From an uncultured Alphaproteobacteria bacterium (GTDB lineage: Bacteria; Pseudomonadota; Alphaproteobacteria; Rhizobiales; Aestuariivirgaceae), in the NCBI GenBank assembly GCA_963780765.1, contig CAWADI010000001.1:960-64959 (forward strand): a stretch of DNA of 64,000 nt. Reading direction: 5' to 3'. This document shows positions 38,044 to 48,401 of the stretch, piece by piece. A program made the position numbers and the translations under genes. Position 1 is the first letter of the stretch. The number at the start of each line of letters is the position of its first letter. The notes under the pieces were generated by a model. It was not told where the DNA came from, searched no databases, and saw nothing but the letters and a program-made list of their open reading frames with translations.

Positions 38044-39774
38044 TCAACCCGCCTCCACTCCTCGATCGCGGACATAGGGCCGGTATTGCGGCACCCACAT
38101 CCGTCGGCGGATTGCTGCCGCAACGTGACCCCCCGCCGGATCGGCAACCCCTTCGCGGCTGGCCTGCTCTCCCACCGCCAGAGCCACGCGTACGGCAACG
38201 TCCCGCAGAGCACTGACCGGCGGCAGCAGCGTTTCGCTTGAATCGGACCGCGCCGATGACGCTTCCGCCAAAGCCTTGGCGGCCGCCATGAACATCCCGT
38301 CAGTCACCCGGCGGGCCCGGGAGCCAATAACTCCAAGGCCTACGCCGGGAAAGACATAGGCGTTGTTCGTCTGCGCGATCCTGTACGCCCTGCCGTTCCA
38401 GAGCGTAACGGGGAATGGACTGCCGGTGCCGATCACGGCCCGTCCGTTCGTCCACGCCAGCACGTCAGCCGGCTTCGCCTCGCTGTGCGAGGTCGGGTTC
38501 GACAGCGGGAAGATCATCGGCCTGTCAACGTGCTCAGTCATCGCGCGCACTACCGTTTCGGTGAAGACGTCGGCCCGGCCGCAGACACCGATCAGCGCGG
38601 TCGGCTGCACGTTGCGAACGACATCGATGAGCCCGATCTCAGCGGGCCGCTCGAGCCGCCAATTCGCAACTGCGCCCCGGGGCTGCACGAAAGAAGCCTG
38701 GAATGGCAGGATGCCGGGCATGCCCTCGACGAGCAGACCGGACGCATCGACCATGTAAATCGCGGATCGTGCCGCGCTCTTGGTCAGCCCCATCTCGAGC
38801 ATGGCGGCGCGCAGCAGAGTTGCGATGCCGCATCCGGCGGAACCTGCACCGACGATTACGATGCGCTGCTCGACGAGCGGCATGCCCGTGACCCTGACGG
38901 CGGCGAGCAGCGTGCCGACAGCGACCGCGGCCGTGCCCTGGATGTCGTCATTGAACGTGCACAACCGATTCCGATAGCGCTCCAGCAGGCGCGTCGCGTT
39001 GTCTCGGGCGAAATCCTCCCATTGCAGCAGGACGTGCGGCCAGCGTACGGCCACCGCCGCGACGAACGTCTCGACGAAGTCATCGTACTCGTGCCCGCGC
39101 ACCCGTTCGTGGCGCCACCCCAGGTAGAGCGGGTCGTCGAGAAGGTCCCGGCGATCGGTCCCGACATCGAGCAGGATCGGCAGCGTGGTCGAAGGGTGCA
39201 ATCCGCCGCAAGCCGTGTAGAGCGACAGCTTGCCTACCGGGATCCCCATGCCGCCGGCACCCAGATCGCCGAGCCCGAGGATCCGCTCGCCGTCAGTGAC
39301 GACGATCGCCGCCACCATATCGAACCGAGGATGAGCCAAGATACTCGGCACACGGCCCTTGTTCGGCAAGCTGAGGAACAGGCCGCGCGGCTTGCGGTAG
39401 ATATGGCTGAACTGCTGGCAGCCGACGCCGACAGTCGGGGTGTAGACGATTGGCAACACTTCCTCGAGGTGTTGCGTCAAGAGGCTGTAGAACGCCGTCT
39501 CATTGTTGTCCTGCATGTCGCGCAAAAAGTCGTACTGCTCGAGGCTCGTCTCCATGCCGCGCATTGCCTCGAGGCGACGCGCCACCTGCTCGTCGAGCGA
39601 TCCGACGTGCGGCGGCAACAGCCCGTGCAACTCGAAGGCATCCCGTTCGGGCTCAGGGAAGGCAACGCCCTTGTTCAGGAGCGGATCGTTGAGGAGTTCA
39701 TAGCCCGATCGCCGGACCCTCATTGGCAACTGGTGAAGATCACCCACATCCTGGACGAGATCCGTTTCCGACAT
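38044..39774 (-). CDS. NAD(P)-dependent malic enzyme (576 aa)
   Basis: LLNKGVAFPEPERDAFELHGLLPP...IVYTPTVG...VVTDGERILGLGDLGAGGMGIPVGKLSLYTACGG...FNDDIQGTAAV...GAGSAGCGIA. Start taken at MSETDLVQ. Confidence 0.92.
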   Translation of the reverse strand: MSETDLVQDVGDLHQLPMRVRRSGYELLNDPLLNKGVAFPEPERDAFELHGLLPPHVGSLDEQVARRLEAMRGMETSLEQYDFLRDMQDNNETAFYSLLTQHLEEVLPIVYTPTVGVGCQQFSHIYRKPRGLFLSLPNKGRVPSILAHPRFDMVAAIVVTDGERILGLGDLGAGGMGIPVGKLSLYTACGGLHPSTTLPILLDVGTDRRDLLDDPLYLGWRHERVRGHEYDDFVETFVAAVAVRWPHVLLQWEDFARDNATRLLERYRNRLCTFNDDIQGTAAVAVGTLLAAVRVTGMPLVEQRIVIVGAGSAGCGIATLLRAAMLEMGLTKSAARSAIYMVDASGLLVEGMPGILPFQASFVQPRGAVANWRLERPAEIGLIDVVRNVQPTALIGVCGRADVFTETVVRAMTEHVDRPMIFPLSNPTSHSEAKPADVLAWTNGRAVIGTGSPFPVTLWNGRAYRIAQTNNAYVFPGVGLGVIGSRARRVTDGMFMAAAKALAEASSARSDSSETLLPPVSALRDVAVRVALAVGEQASREGVADPAGGHVAAAIRRRMWVPQYRPYVRDRGVEAG

Positions 39775-40015
39775 CGAGCTTGAACCTTGGTTTGCCCCGA
39801 TAGTTATTGCGGCCAACTCCATGGCTTCGCAAGTCGATTGCCACTCTGGAGAAAGTGCCAGCGGCTTTTCATCGGGCTTCCGAAAGGCGACAACTTCGGC
39901 AAGCTTGTAGTCACAGAAACCAGTCGTTCGTCGGAGCGATATTGCGACTTTATTCTCAAACATTGGCTTGTGCCGAGCCGAACATGCGAAGCACCGGCGG
40001 ATAGGAGTGAACGCA

Positions 40016-40495
40016 ATGGCCAACAAAGCGTCCAAGAAGTCCAAGAAGTCGGCGAAGGTCGCAAAGAGGGCCGCCGCCAAGCGGGTCGCTGCGAAGCCGG
40101 TCCTCCTATCAGGCGGCAACCCCCAGATCGCGAAGGCCTACGGTGACGCCCCCGTGCAGGCCTACATCGCGGCCATGCCGGGCTGGAAAAGCGACGTCAG
40201 GCGCCGGCTCGACGCGCTCATCGTGCGCACCGTCCCCGGCGTACGCAAGGCAGTCAAGTGGAACTCGCCCTTCTATGGCATCGAGGGCCAAGGCTGGTTC
40301 CTCAGCTTTCATTGCTTCACGAAGTACGTCAAAATGGCTTTCTTCCGCGGCACGTCGCTGCGTCCTGTCCCACCCGGCGAGTCCAGGAGCAAGGACACGC
40401 GCTACCTCGACATCCATGAGGACGACCAGCTCGACGAAGCTCAGCTCGCCGCCTGGGTGAAGCAAGCCAGCCAATTGCCCGGCGAACGAATGTGA
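40016..40495 (+). CDS. DUF1801 (YdhG-like) domain protein with a Lys-rich N-terminus
   Basis: MANKASKKSKKSAKVAKRAAAKR...AYIAAMPGWKSDVRRRLDALIVRTVPGVRKAVKWNSPFYG. GGAG upstream. Confidence 0.75.
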   Translation: MANKASKKSKKSAKVAKRAAAKRVAAKPVLLSGGNPQIAKAYGDAPVQAYIAAMPGWKSDVRRRLDALIVRTVPGVRKAVKWNSPFYGIEGQGWFLSFHCFTKYVKMAFFRGTSLRPVPPGESRSKDTRYLDIHEDDQLDEAQLAAWVKQASQLPGERM

Positions 40496-40683
40496 GCGGT
40501 GGTGAGGCCGTAGCCTGGTACGGCGTGCCCGGGGTCGATGTACCCGAAATCGAGACCCAACATGATAAGCTGGTTCGACATCGAAGACCCCGACGGAAAC
40601 GAGATGCGATGGTACCAAGTGCCGACTAGCGATACTCAAGTGGCGGGCGAGCGACAACAACCAGGAAGAAAGCGACAACAACC

Positions 40684-41136
40684 ATGAAGAAGAGGAAGAG
40701 CGGCGCGAAGGAAGGAAAAGGAGGAGACTCTCCCTCTCAGCTGATAGATGCGCGAATCAAGGAGCTGAGTGATTGGCGGGGCGAGATGCTGGCTCGGGTC
40801 CGAATTCTCATCAAGCAGGCCGACCCCGAAGTGGTCGAGGAGTGGAAGTGGAGAGGGGTTCCGGTGTGGTCGCACGCCGGAATGATCTGCACCGGTGAGA
40901 CGTACAAGAATATCGTGAAGATGACCTTCGCCAAGGGCGCCTCGTTGGAGGACCCTTCAGGCCTCTTCAACTCCAGCCTCGAAGGCAATGCCAGGCGCGC
41001 CATCGATTTCCATGAGGGCGACAAGATTGATGAAAAGGCGTTGAAGGCGCTCATTCGCGCCGCTGTGGCACTAAACAGGTCGGTGCGAGCTGCTGCTCGC
41101 CCTCTCCGCTCTCAGAAGAGACCAAAGAGCGCTTGA
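40684..41136 (+). CDS. DUF1801 domain protein
   Basis: IDARIKELSDWRGEMLARVRILIKQADPEVVEEWKWRGVPVWSH...VKMTFAKGASL. Its last 162 bp are duplicated in inverted orientation at 32574..32735. Confidence 0.75.
   Translation: MKKRKSGAKEGKGGDSPSQLIDARIKELSDWRGEMLARVRILIKQADPEVVEEWKWRGVPVWSHAGMICTGETYKNIVKMTFAKGASLEDPSGLFNSSLEGNARRAIDFHEGDKIDEKALKALIRAAVALNRSVRAAARPLRSQKRPKSA
40972..41133 (+). repeat. Inverted-repeat arm (3' end of the DUF1801 gene), partner at 32574..32735
   Basis: See 32574..32735. Confidence 0.85.
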
Positions 41137-41268
41137 TGCAGGAGCTGCTGTGCTTGCTGACGACGCTCCCGGACCGCTTGGCGGCGTCAAACCGAACATC
41201 TCACCGCAGCCACGCCGGTTGACCTGCCAGTTTCATCAGGTCCGAACCAACAGAGCGAGGTTCCCATC

Positions 41269-41787
41269 ATGTCGATGTCCAAGGCATCAATTCCGGTATT
41301 CGAGATCGGTCTCAATACTCTTTCGGCGCTCCTCGACAAGGCTGAGTCCTATGCAGATGCAAAGGGCATCGATCCCACTGCGCTTCTCAACACACGCCTC
41401 TTCCCCGACATGTTCGCATTCTCCCGTCAGGTGCAGATCGCTTGCGACCAGGCCAAGAACGGTTGTGCACGACTCGCCGGCATCGAGCCGCCCAGGTATC
41501 AGGACAACGAGAAGAGTATTGCCGAGCTCAGGGATCGCATTGCCAAGACGGTCGCTTTCGTGAAGACACTCGACCCCGAGAGAATTGACATGGCTGCCGA
41601 CCGGGAAATCACTTTTCCGCTCGGCCCGAATAACAAGGGTCACATGAGAGGTGTCGACTATCTCAACCACTTCGCACTGCCAAACTTCTACTTTCACCTC
41701 ACCACCGCCTACGACATCCTCCGTCACTGCGGCGTCGAGATCGGGAAGCGTGACTTCCTCGGCGCCATCCCGATGCGGATGACTTGA
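41269..41787 (+). CDS. DUF1993 domain protein
   Basis: SIPVFEIGLNTLSALLDKAESYADAKGIDPTALLNTRLFPDMFAFSRQVQIACDQAK...LPNFYFHLTTAYDILRHCGVEIGKRDFLG. Confidence 0.8.
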   Translation: MSMSKASIPVFEIGLNTLSALLDKAESYADAKGIDPTALLNTRLFPDMFAFSRQVQIACDQAKNGCARLAGIEPPRYQDNEKSIAELRDRIAKTVAFVKTLDPERIDMAADREITFPLGPNNKGHMRGVDYLNHFALPNFYFHLTTAYDILRHCGVEIGKRDFLGAIPMRMT

Positions 41788-41845
41788 GATAACGTGAAAT
41801 GCAAAAGGCCGTCCTGTTGGAATGACCGTCCAGTGCGCGTGGCTG

Positions 41846-42022
41846 TCAGGCAAAATGCCGATTGGGTGCTTCAATCGATGCGGGCGCGACGGTGGCGACC
41901 CGGTTAGCCAACTCCGCCCTGAACGTGGCGACGCCGGCCGCGGCCCCGGTCGCGATCGTGGCGGCAATCAGGATCATCAGGATGCGTTTCAGAAAGCGGG
42001 CGTCCGCGCTGAGGGCGTCCAT
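41846..42022 (-). CDS. Small membrane protein (58 aa)
   Basis: MDALSADARFLKRILMILIAATIATGAAAGVATF... with GGAGGA 6 nt upstream. Below the ORF-track cutoff. Confidence 0.45.
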   Translation of the reverse strand: MDALSADARFLKRILMILIAATIATGAAAGVATFRAELANRVATVAPASIEAPNRHFA

Positions 42023-42280
42023 AGGGGTCCTCCAATCCGGGCCCCTGACGACGGAGTGTCCGAAGGCCCAAGCCAGTATCTCACTCTGGCCTTACTGGCA
42101 TGTGACGCTACTGTCTGTGGGATTCCCCACCGCACGCAGCTCTCGTCCTCTTGACTTGCACATAATTTTGCATTCCTGACAGACAAGATGGCCGCTCTCA
42201 AACCACATGGCGGCGAGCGATGCGAGAGCTGTCCTGGACGTGCCCGATCGCAGAGGGCGAGACATTAAACGGGAGATGCC

Positions 42281-42757
42281 ATGCAATTCCCTGCTCACAT
42301 GATTGTATGCGGAGCGCTTGCGTTCTTGTTGGGTGAAGGCACGACGGCATCTGCCCAGGATGAGGAGCAGAATATTCAGTGCAAGGAAGTGCCCGCGGCG
42401 GTCACGTCGGCTTTTGCTGAGGCGTTTCCAAAGGCAACGATCAAAGGCTGCGCCAGGGAAGTCGAAAACGGCAAGACCGCCTATGAAATCTCGAGCACGG
42501 AGGTCAAGGCCGACCGCGACGTGCTCTACTATGAGGACGGCAAGTTGATCGTCGTCGAGGAGACGATCGCCACCGGCAGTCTACCCAAGCCGGTCCAGAA
42601 CGCCTTCCACAAAAAATTTCCGAACGGCAAGATCACTCTCGCCGAAAAGCTGACTCGCGACTTATCGGTGACCTACGAACTTCAAGTAAAACGCAAGGAT
42701 GAGATCATAGAAATTGTTTTTGATCGTGACGGCAAAGAACTGGAGCCCCAGGATTGA
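42281..42757 (+). CDS. Secreted PepSY-like (DUF2874-type) protein
   Basis: A signal-like N-terminus, then two repeats of the LPxxVxxAFxxxFP...YE pattern (VPAAVTSAFAEAFPKATIK...YEI; LPKPVQNAFHKKFPNGKIT...YEL). Confidence 0.6.
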   Translation: MQFPAHMIVCGALAFLLGEGTTASAQDEEQNIQCKEVPAAVTSAFAEAFPKATIKGCAREVENGKTAYEISSTEVKADRDVLYYEDGKLIVVEETIATGSLPKPVQNAFHKKFPNGKITLAEKLTRDLSVTYELQVKRKDEIIEIVFDRDGKELEPQD

Positions 42758-42833
42758 GCGTCCAAGCTATGTTAAGGCGTGGCCAAGGCACAGGCGCCTG
42801 ATCGTCATGTCCCTGGGCGCGTCTTGAAACGGT

Positions 42834-43709
42834 TCAATCGCCATCGAGGAACGATTTGAACCTGGCGGCATAATCGGCGTGCCATCGCGACAGCGGCGGG
42901 CGGTTTGCAATCAGGTCTTCGGCCGCCCAGCGAATGCGTTTTTCGTCGATCGCGCGCGTCACCTCGTTGTCGGGGCACAGAATGTAGAAATCACCGGCTT
43001 CCAGCCGCTTCAGCATGAAGGAAACCGTTTGCTCGGGCGTCCAGGCAGCTGCCGGCTTCTCCCGGCGGCCATTGGCCGTCAGCGCCGTGAAGACAAAACC
43101 CGGGATGAGCAAATGCGCCGAGACCCGGCAATCGGAACGTGACCGCAGCTCGTGCTGCAATGCTTCCGTAAAAACCTTCACGCCCGCCTTGCTTACGTTA
43201 TAGGCGGGATCGCCGGGCGGCGTGGTAATTCCCTGTTTGGAGCCGGTGTTGATGATGAGACCGGGAGTTTTCTGGGCGATCATTTGCGGGGCGAAGACCT
43301 GGGTGCCGTGGATGACCCCCCAGAGATTTACCCGCACCACCTTGTCCCAGTTCTCCGTCGGCCCGTAAATGCTGCTTCCCGGCTGAACGCCGGCATTGTT
43401 CATCAGGACATCCACGCGGCCGAAGCGGTCCTGCACCGAACTCGCAACTCTTTGCACTTCGTCCAGCCGACCAACGTCAGCCGAAATCGGAAGGATACCG
43501 GACGATTTGCCGCCGGCAATCGCGACGAGCGCATCGGCTGCGTTCGCCAGGTTCTCCTTGTCAATATCGACGATGCATACCCTCAGATTCATGCCGGCAA
43601 AGCGCTTGGCCGCAGCAAGCCCGATGCCGGACGCGCCGCCCGTGATCACGGCGACGTTGGAAGGGGAAAATGCGGAATGAGTTATTTCGTGTTCACCTCT
43701 CGTCATCAA
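42834..43709 (-). CDS. SDR-family oxidoreductase (intact)
   Basis: VAVITGGASGIGLAAA, NNAG, YNVSKAG. Confidence 0.85.
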   Translation of the reverse strand: MMTRGEHEITHSAFSPSNVAVITGGASGIGLAAAKRFAGMNLRVCIVDIDKENLANAADALVAIAGGKSSGILPISADVGRLDEVQRVASSVQDRFGRVDVLMNNAGVQPGSSIYGPTENWDKVVRVNLWGVIHGTQVFAPQMIAQKTPGLIINTGSKQGITTPPGDPAYNVSKAGVKVFTEALQHELRSRSDCRVSAHLLIPGFVFTALTANGRREKPAAAWTPEQTVSFMLKRLEAGDFYILCPDNEVTRAIDEKRIRWAAEDLIANRPPLSRWHADYAARFKSFLDGD

Positions 43710-43755
43710 GCGAGGGCGCGAGATACAAGTGGAACGCCGCCGCCGCGGCGTTCTT

Positions 43756-45243
43756 TCAGAGCTGCACGAACGTGTGCTTCAGCTGCGTGTACTTATCGAA
43801 TGCATGAAGCGACTTGTCGCGGCCGATGCCCGATTGCTTGTAGCCGCCGAAGGGTGCGGTTACATCGCCGCCGTCGGTGGCATTGATGTTGACTGTGCCG
43901 GCCTTCAGCGCGCGCGCCACCCGGTGGGCGCGGGTAATATCGCGGGTCCACAGGTTCGCCTGCAGGCCGTAGATCGTATCATTGGCGATCTTCACGGCCT
44001 CCTCGTCATCCTTGAAGCTCAATGTCGTCAGCACGGGGCCGAAGATCTCCTCCTGGGCGATGCGCAGCTTGTTGCTTGGCGCCTCGAAGACGGTCGGTTC
44101 CACGTAATAGCCGCCGGTTGACTTGCGTGCCTGGGAACCGCCGGTCGCCAGCCTGGCGCCCTCCTGGCGTCCGATGTCGATGTAGCCGAGAACCCGCTCC
44201 ATCTGGGTCTTGTCGACCATCGAGCCCATGGTGGTCTTTGGATCGAGCGGATCGCCGGGCGTCCAGTCCCTGGCGTATTTGCCGACCAGATCGACGATCT
44301 CGTCCTTGATCTTCTCCTGGACAATCAGCCTGGTTGCCGCGGTACAGACCTGACCCGAATTGTAGAACACGCCCGCCGCCGCCTTTTTGGCGACTTCCTT
44401 CAGGTCGGGCACATCGCCGAACACGATGTTCGGCGACTTGCCGCCGCACTCGAGCGAGATGTGCTTCATGTTGGACTCGCCGGAGTACTTCAGGAAAAAC
44501 TTTCCGACCTCGGTCGAACCGGTGAAGGCCACCATGTCGACATCCATGTGACGGCCGAGCGCCTGTCCGGCTGTTTCTCCAAAGCCCGGCAGCACATTGA
44601 GAACGCCCTCCGGCAGGCCGGCTTCCGCCGCAAGTTCGGCAATGCGGATGGCCGTGAGCGGCGACTGCTCGGCGGGTTTGAGGATAACGGAGTTGCCGGC
44701 CGCGAGCGCCGGTCCGATCTTCCAGCACGCCATGAGCAAGGGAAAATTCCACGGCACGACGGCCGCTACAACTCCCACAGGTTCGCGCGTGATGAGGGAA
44801 ATCGAGTCCGGCCGCTGCGGCGCAAGCTCGTCATAGACCTTGTCGCAGGCCTCGCCATACCACTGGATCGTGTGGGCAGAGGCCGGAATATCGCTCGCAG
44901 TCGAGTTGGCGATGGGCTTGCCCATGTCCAGCGTTTCGAGCAGCGCCAGCTCGTCCCTGTGCCTCATCATGAGCTCGGCGAGCTTGACAAGCACCGTCTT
45001 GCGCTTTTTCGGAAAGGCTTTCGCCCACACGCCCTTGTCGAAGGCAGCGCGTGCCGCCTTGACGGCACGCTCCACGTCCTCCTTGTCGCATTCGGCGACT
45101 TGCGTGAGCACCTTGCCGTTGATCGGACTTATCTTGTCGAAGCTCTTGCCGGACGCGGCAGGCACGTAGCGGCCGTTGATGAAGGCCTGGTTGCGGTACG
45201 AAAGAGCGGGTTGACTGCGAAATTCTTCGACTGCGGCGACCAT
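43756..45243 (-). CDS. NAD-dependent aldehyde dehydrogenase (495 aa, intact)
   Basis: ...VVPWNFPLLMACWKIGPALAAGNSVILKPAEQSP...ISLECGGKSPNIVF...EEIFGPV... Confidence 0.93.
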   Translation of the reverse strand: MVAAVEEFRSQPALSYRNQAFINGRYVPAASGKSFDKISPINGKVLTQVAECDKEDVERAVKAARAAFDKGVWAKAFPKKRKTVLVKLAELMMRHRDELALLETLDMGKPIANSTASDIPASAHTIQWYGEACDKVYDELAPQRPDSISLITREPVGVVAAVVPWNFPLLMACWKIGPALAAGNSVILKPAEQSPLTAIRIAELAAEAGLPEGVLNVLPGFGETAGQALGRHMDVDMVAFTGSTEVGKFFLKYSGESNMKHISLECGGKSPNIVFGDVPDLKEVAKKAAAGVFYNSGQVCTAATRLIVQEKIKDEIVDLVGKYARDWTPGDPLDPKTTMGSMVDKTQMERVLGYIDIGRQEGARLATGGSQARKSTGGYYVEPTVFEAPSNKLRIAQEEIFGPVLTTLSFKDDEEAVKIANDTIYGLQANLWTRDITRAHRVARALKAGTVNINATDGGDVTAPFGGYKQSGIGRDKSLHAFDKYTQLKHTFVQL

Positions 45244-45360
45244 CGATGGCTCCCTGGTTGCTCGAAAACGCGACTTTGGGGCACATTATATAGTTATTGA
45301 CGCAGCGATGAACTAGGCTCAGCGGCCAGACCCATCGACGTCCTTCCAAAGGAGCGAGCC

Positions 45361-46541
45361 ATGACGTGGTTTCGGCGGTTTGTGTTGGCAGTCAGTCATC
45401 GGTGTCACAGCGGCATCGGGTCACGCCGCGTCGCAGACACCTTCGGGATGGCCCACGCGAGGCTGGGCAACATCGTCTCCGGAAGAGCTCGGGATTCGGC
45501 CTCTGGCGAGCTCGAAGCGCTCGATCGCGAGTTCGCCAGCGGCGATCACGGCTACGTCGACAGCATGCTGGTAATCCGGCACGGGCGGATCGCGTTCGAG
45601 CGGGCGTACTCCCATGACTACGATCGGCTCTTCGTCGGAAAGGGTCGCCCCGCATATCTACAATTACTACGACCCGGCGTGGCACCCATTCTACAACCGG
45701 ACGTCCCTGCACACGATGCAGTCCGTGACGAAGAGCGTCACGTCTGCCCTCATCGGGATTGCAATTGCCCGTGGCGAGATACCAGGCGTGGACACCCTCG
45801 TGATGCCATATTTCTCCGCGTTCAAGGTGAAGCCAGATCCACGCCGCGACCGCATGCGGCTGCGCGACGTGCTGAACATGAGGACCGGCATTAGGTGGGA
45901 CGAGAACTCGTCCTACACCGACCCGATGACGAACAACTGCGCCGCGATGGAAGCTACCGACGACTGGGTCCAGTACGTCCTCGATCAGCCGATGATAAAC
46001 GAGCCCGGTAGCGGGTTCGTCTATAACAGCGGCGCGACCCAGCTCCTCTCATACATCCTCAAGAAGGCAACGGGCAAAGAAGCGGACGATTACGCGAAGG
46101 AGCATCTCTTCAACCCGCTCGGCATCGAGAACTACTACTGGAAGCGCACGCCGAAAGGGCTTGCCGATACCGAAGGCGGACTGTACCTGCTGCCCCGCGA
46201 TCTCGCGAAGATCGGTTACCTGTATCTCAAGGGCGGCGTTTGGGACGGCAGGCAGATCGTGCCCGGTGACTGGATAACGCAGTCCACCCAGCGGCAGGTG
46301 AACGCCGGGGTACAGGCTACGGCTTCCAATGGTGGTTGCTCCCACGAAGGGGCTCCGGGTACGCACGACGCGTACGCGGCGCGCGGATATGGCGGCCAGA
46401 GCCTGATAGTTGTGCCGGAGCTCGACTTAATCGCGGTCTTCACCGGCTGGAACATCTATGGCAGGTCCGAGCTCGATCAAAGGATCTGCACTCGTGAGCG
46501 TGGTGGCCGCTGTGAAGGATGGCAGCAAAGCGTCACCCTGA
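45361..46541 (+). pseudogene. Serine hydrolase (beta-lactamase/transpeptidase-like family) with at least four, probably six, frame breaks
   Basis: The SxxK motif MQSVTKS is in ORF 45614. GWPTRGWATSSPEELG and GYGFQWWLLP appear only in alternative frames. YAARGYGGQSLIVVPELDLIAVFTGWN is back in frame. The natural-looking tail KGSALVSVVAAVKDGSKASP* ends at 46541 in a third frame. Confidence 0.8.
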
Positions 46542-46605
46542 AGGGCAGACCCTGGCCGCCGCGGGCCGTTGATCGGCAGGCGCCATCGTGTAGCGTCGCA
46601 GAGCC

Positions 46606-47918
46606 ATGGCCAGAGAACCGGAAGCAGAGGTGCTCGCGATCGACGGCCGCGAGGTCCCCATCACCCATCCCGACAAGCCCTACTTCTCGCGAGAGGTGCG
46701 GCTTTCGAAGCTCGACCTCGTGCGCTACTTCCTCTCGGTGGCGCCGGGAGCGCTGGCCGGCATCCGCGATCGTCCGCTGGTGCTCAAGCGTTTCGTGGAC
46801 GGCGCCGAGGGCCAGCCGTTCTATCAGAAGCGCGCCCCCGCCAGCCGGCCGGCATGGTTGCGGACCGTCTCCCTTTCCTTTCCCTCGGGGCGCACGGCGG
46901 AAGAGGTGGTCGTCGACGATGCAGCGGGCCTCGCCTGGGTCGTGAACCTCGGCTGCATCGAGCTCCACCCCCATCCGGTGCGGGCCGGCGATCTCGATCA
47001 TCCGGATGAGCTTCGCATCGACCTCGACCCAACTCCCGGTGTCGCCTGGGACGATGTTCGCCGCGTTGCGATGGAGGTGAAGGCCTTCCTCGAAGAGGTC
47101 GGACTGCGGGGCTGGCCGAAGACCAGCGGCTCGCGCGGCATGCACGTCAACGTCCGCATCCGGCAGCGATGGACCTTCACCGAGGTGAGGCGGGCCGCGC
47201 TGGCGCTGTCGCGGGAGATCGAGCGGCGGATGCCGGCGCTCGCCACGTCCAGGTGGTGGAAGGAGGAACGTCGGGGAGTCTTTCTCGACTACAACCAGAA
47301 CGCCAAGGACCGAACGACCTGTTCGGCCTATTCGGTGCGTCCGCTTCCCGACGCGCGGGTGTCCGCACCGCTCGCCTGGGACGAGGTCCCCGCCTGCGAG
47401 CCTGCCGACTTCACCGTGCTGACGATGCCGAAGCGCTTCGCAGAAATCGGCGATCTGCACGCCGGGATGGATGACGCCGCGGGCACGCTCGAGGGCCTGC
47501 TCGAGCGCGCCGCCAGGGACGAAGCGGCGGGTCTGGCGGATGCTCCCTGGCCGCCCCACTTCCGCAAGGTGGAAGGAGAAGGCTGCGCGGGTGGCGCCGT
47601 CACGGGCGAAGGGTCTGGCCAAGCGGCCCCGGGTCCGGATGCCGCTCATCGTCGTCGCCAACTCGCCGGACCGGGAAGCGGCGCTTGCCGGCCTCGAGCG
47701 ATGGAAGGAACGGCATCCCGCGGCGGCGCAGCACCTCGCGGTCGACGACGTGCTGGTCGATTCCATGCGCGGACGATCGTCGACCTGGACGCGGATTCGC
47801 GTGAACCTTCGCCATGTTCCCGAGGCGATCCGGCCGGACCCAGGGCCGGCCCGACCCGGACGACGATCCAACCCGCGCCTGGCGAGAGAGCGTGCGCAAG
47901 ACAACGTCGCGCGGCTGA
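46606..47918 (+). pseudogene. LigD-type NHEJ polymerase/primase-domain protein with two frame breaks
   Basis: ITHPDKPYFS...LSKLDLVRYFLSVA...PFYQKRAP...WPKTSGSRGMHVNV. The frame changes at about 47580 and again at about 47848. The tail DPDDDPTRAWRESVRKTTSRG* ends at 47918. Confidence 0.85.
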
Positions 47919-47950
47919 AATTCATTCGCTACATCAAAAGGAGAAATGTC

Positions 47951-48392
47951 ATGCCATCCCCAACTACACCGCTTTGGCTTGCTGCCCGCGGCAGTGCTGG
48001 AGCGTTGGTCCTCGCACTATGGGCGGCGTCTGTGGCCCACGGCGGAAAACGGCGTCCTCGCAGGCAGTGAGTGGCGGCCCAACCGGCTCGGCGGCTCGCC
48101 TGTTTCTCAGAACGCAGACCTCTTCGTGCAATTCCGAGGAGAAGGGAAACTTGCCGGGCACGGCGGCTGCAACCGATTTTTCGGCTCGTTCCGGACGACG
48201 GGCAGAGCAATCGCGATCGGCCCGCTCGGGTCGACACGCATGGCCTGCCCGCCTGAAATCATGAAGCTCGAGGCGGCGTTCATCGCAGCGCTGGAGTCCG
48301 CGACCACCTTTCTGAGGGAGAGCGCCAGACTCTCGTTGCAGAATGCCCAAGGTAAGGAAGTGGCGGCGCTCCAGCAGACCGATCGGGACTGA
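47951..48392 (+). pseudogene. META-domain (HslJ-like) lipoprotein/secreted protein with one frame break
   Basis: The signal peptide MPSPTTPLWLAARGSAGALVLALWAASVAHG (ATG 47951, AAAGGAGA upstream) is one frame off from ENGVLAGSEWRPNRLGG...GHGGCNRFFGSF...GPLGSTRMACP in ORF 47946..48392. Confidence 0.7.
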
Positions 48393-48401
48393 TCGTCGAA
48401 T

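Noticed and set aside
40555-40640. Glyoxalase/VOC-like C-terminal peptide (SWFDIEDPDGNEMRWYQV) between the two DUF1801 genes
   Set aside because: Only about 20 residues are recognisable, with no upstream domain. It is probably a tiny gene remnant and is not worth a feature call.
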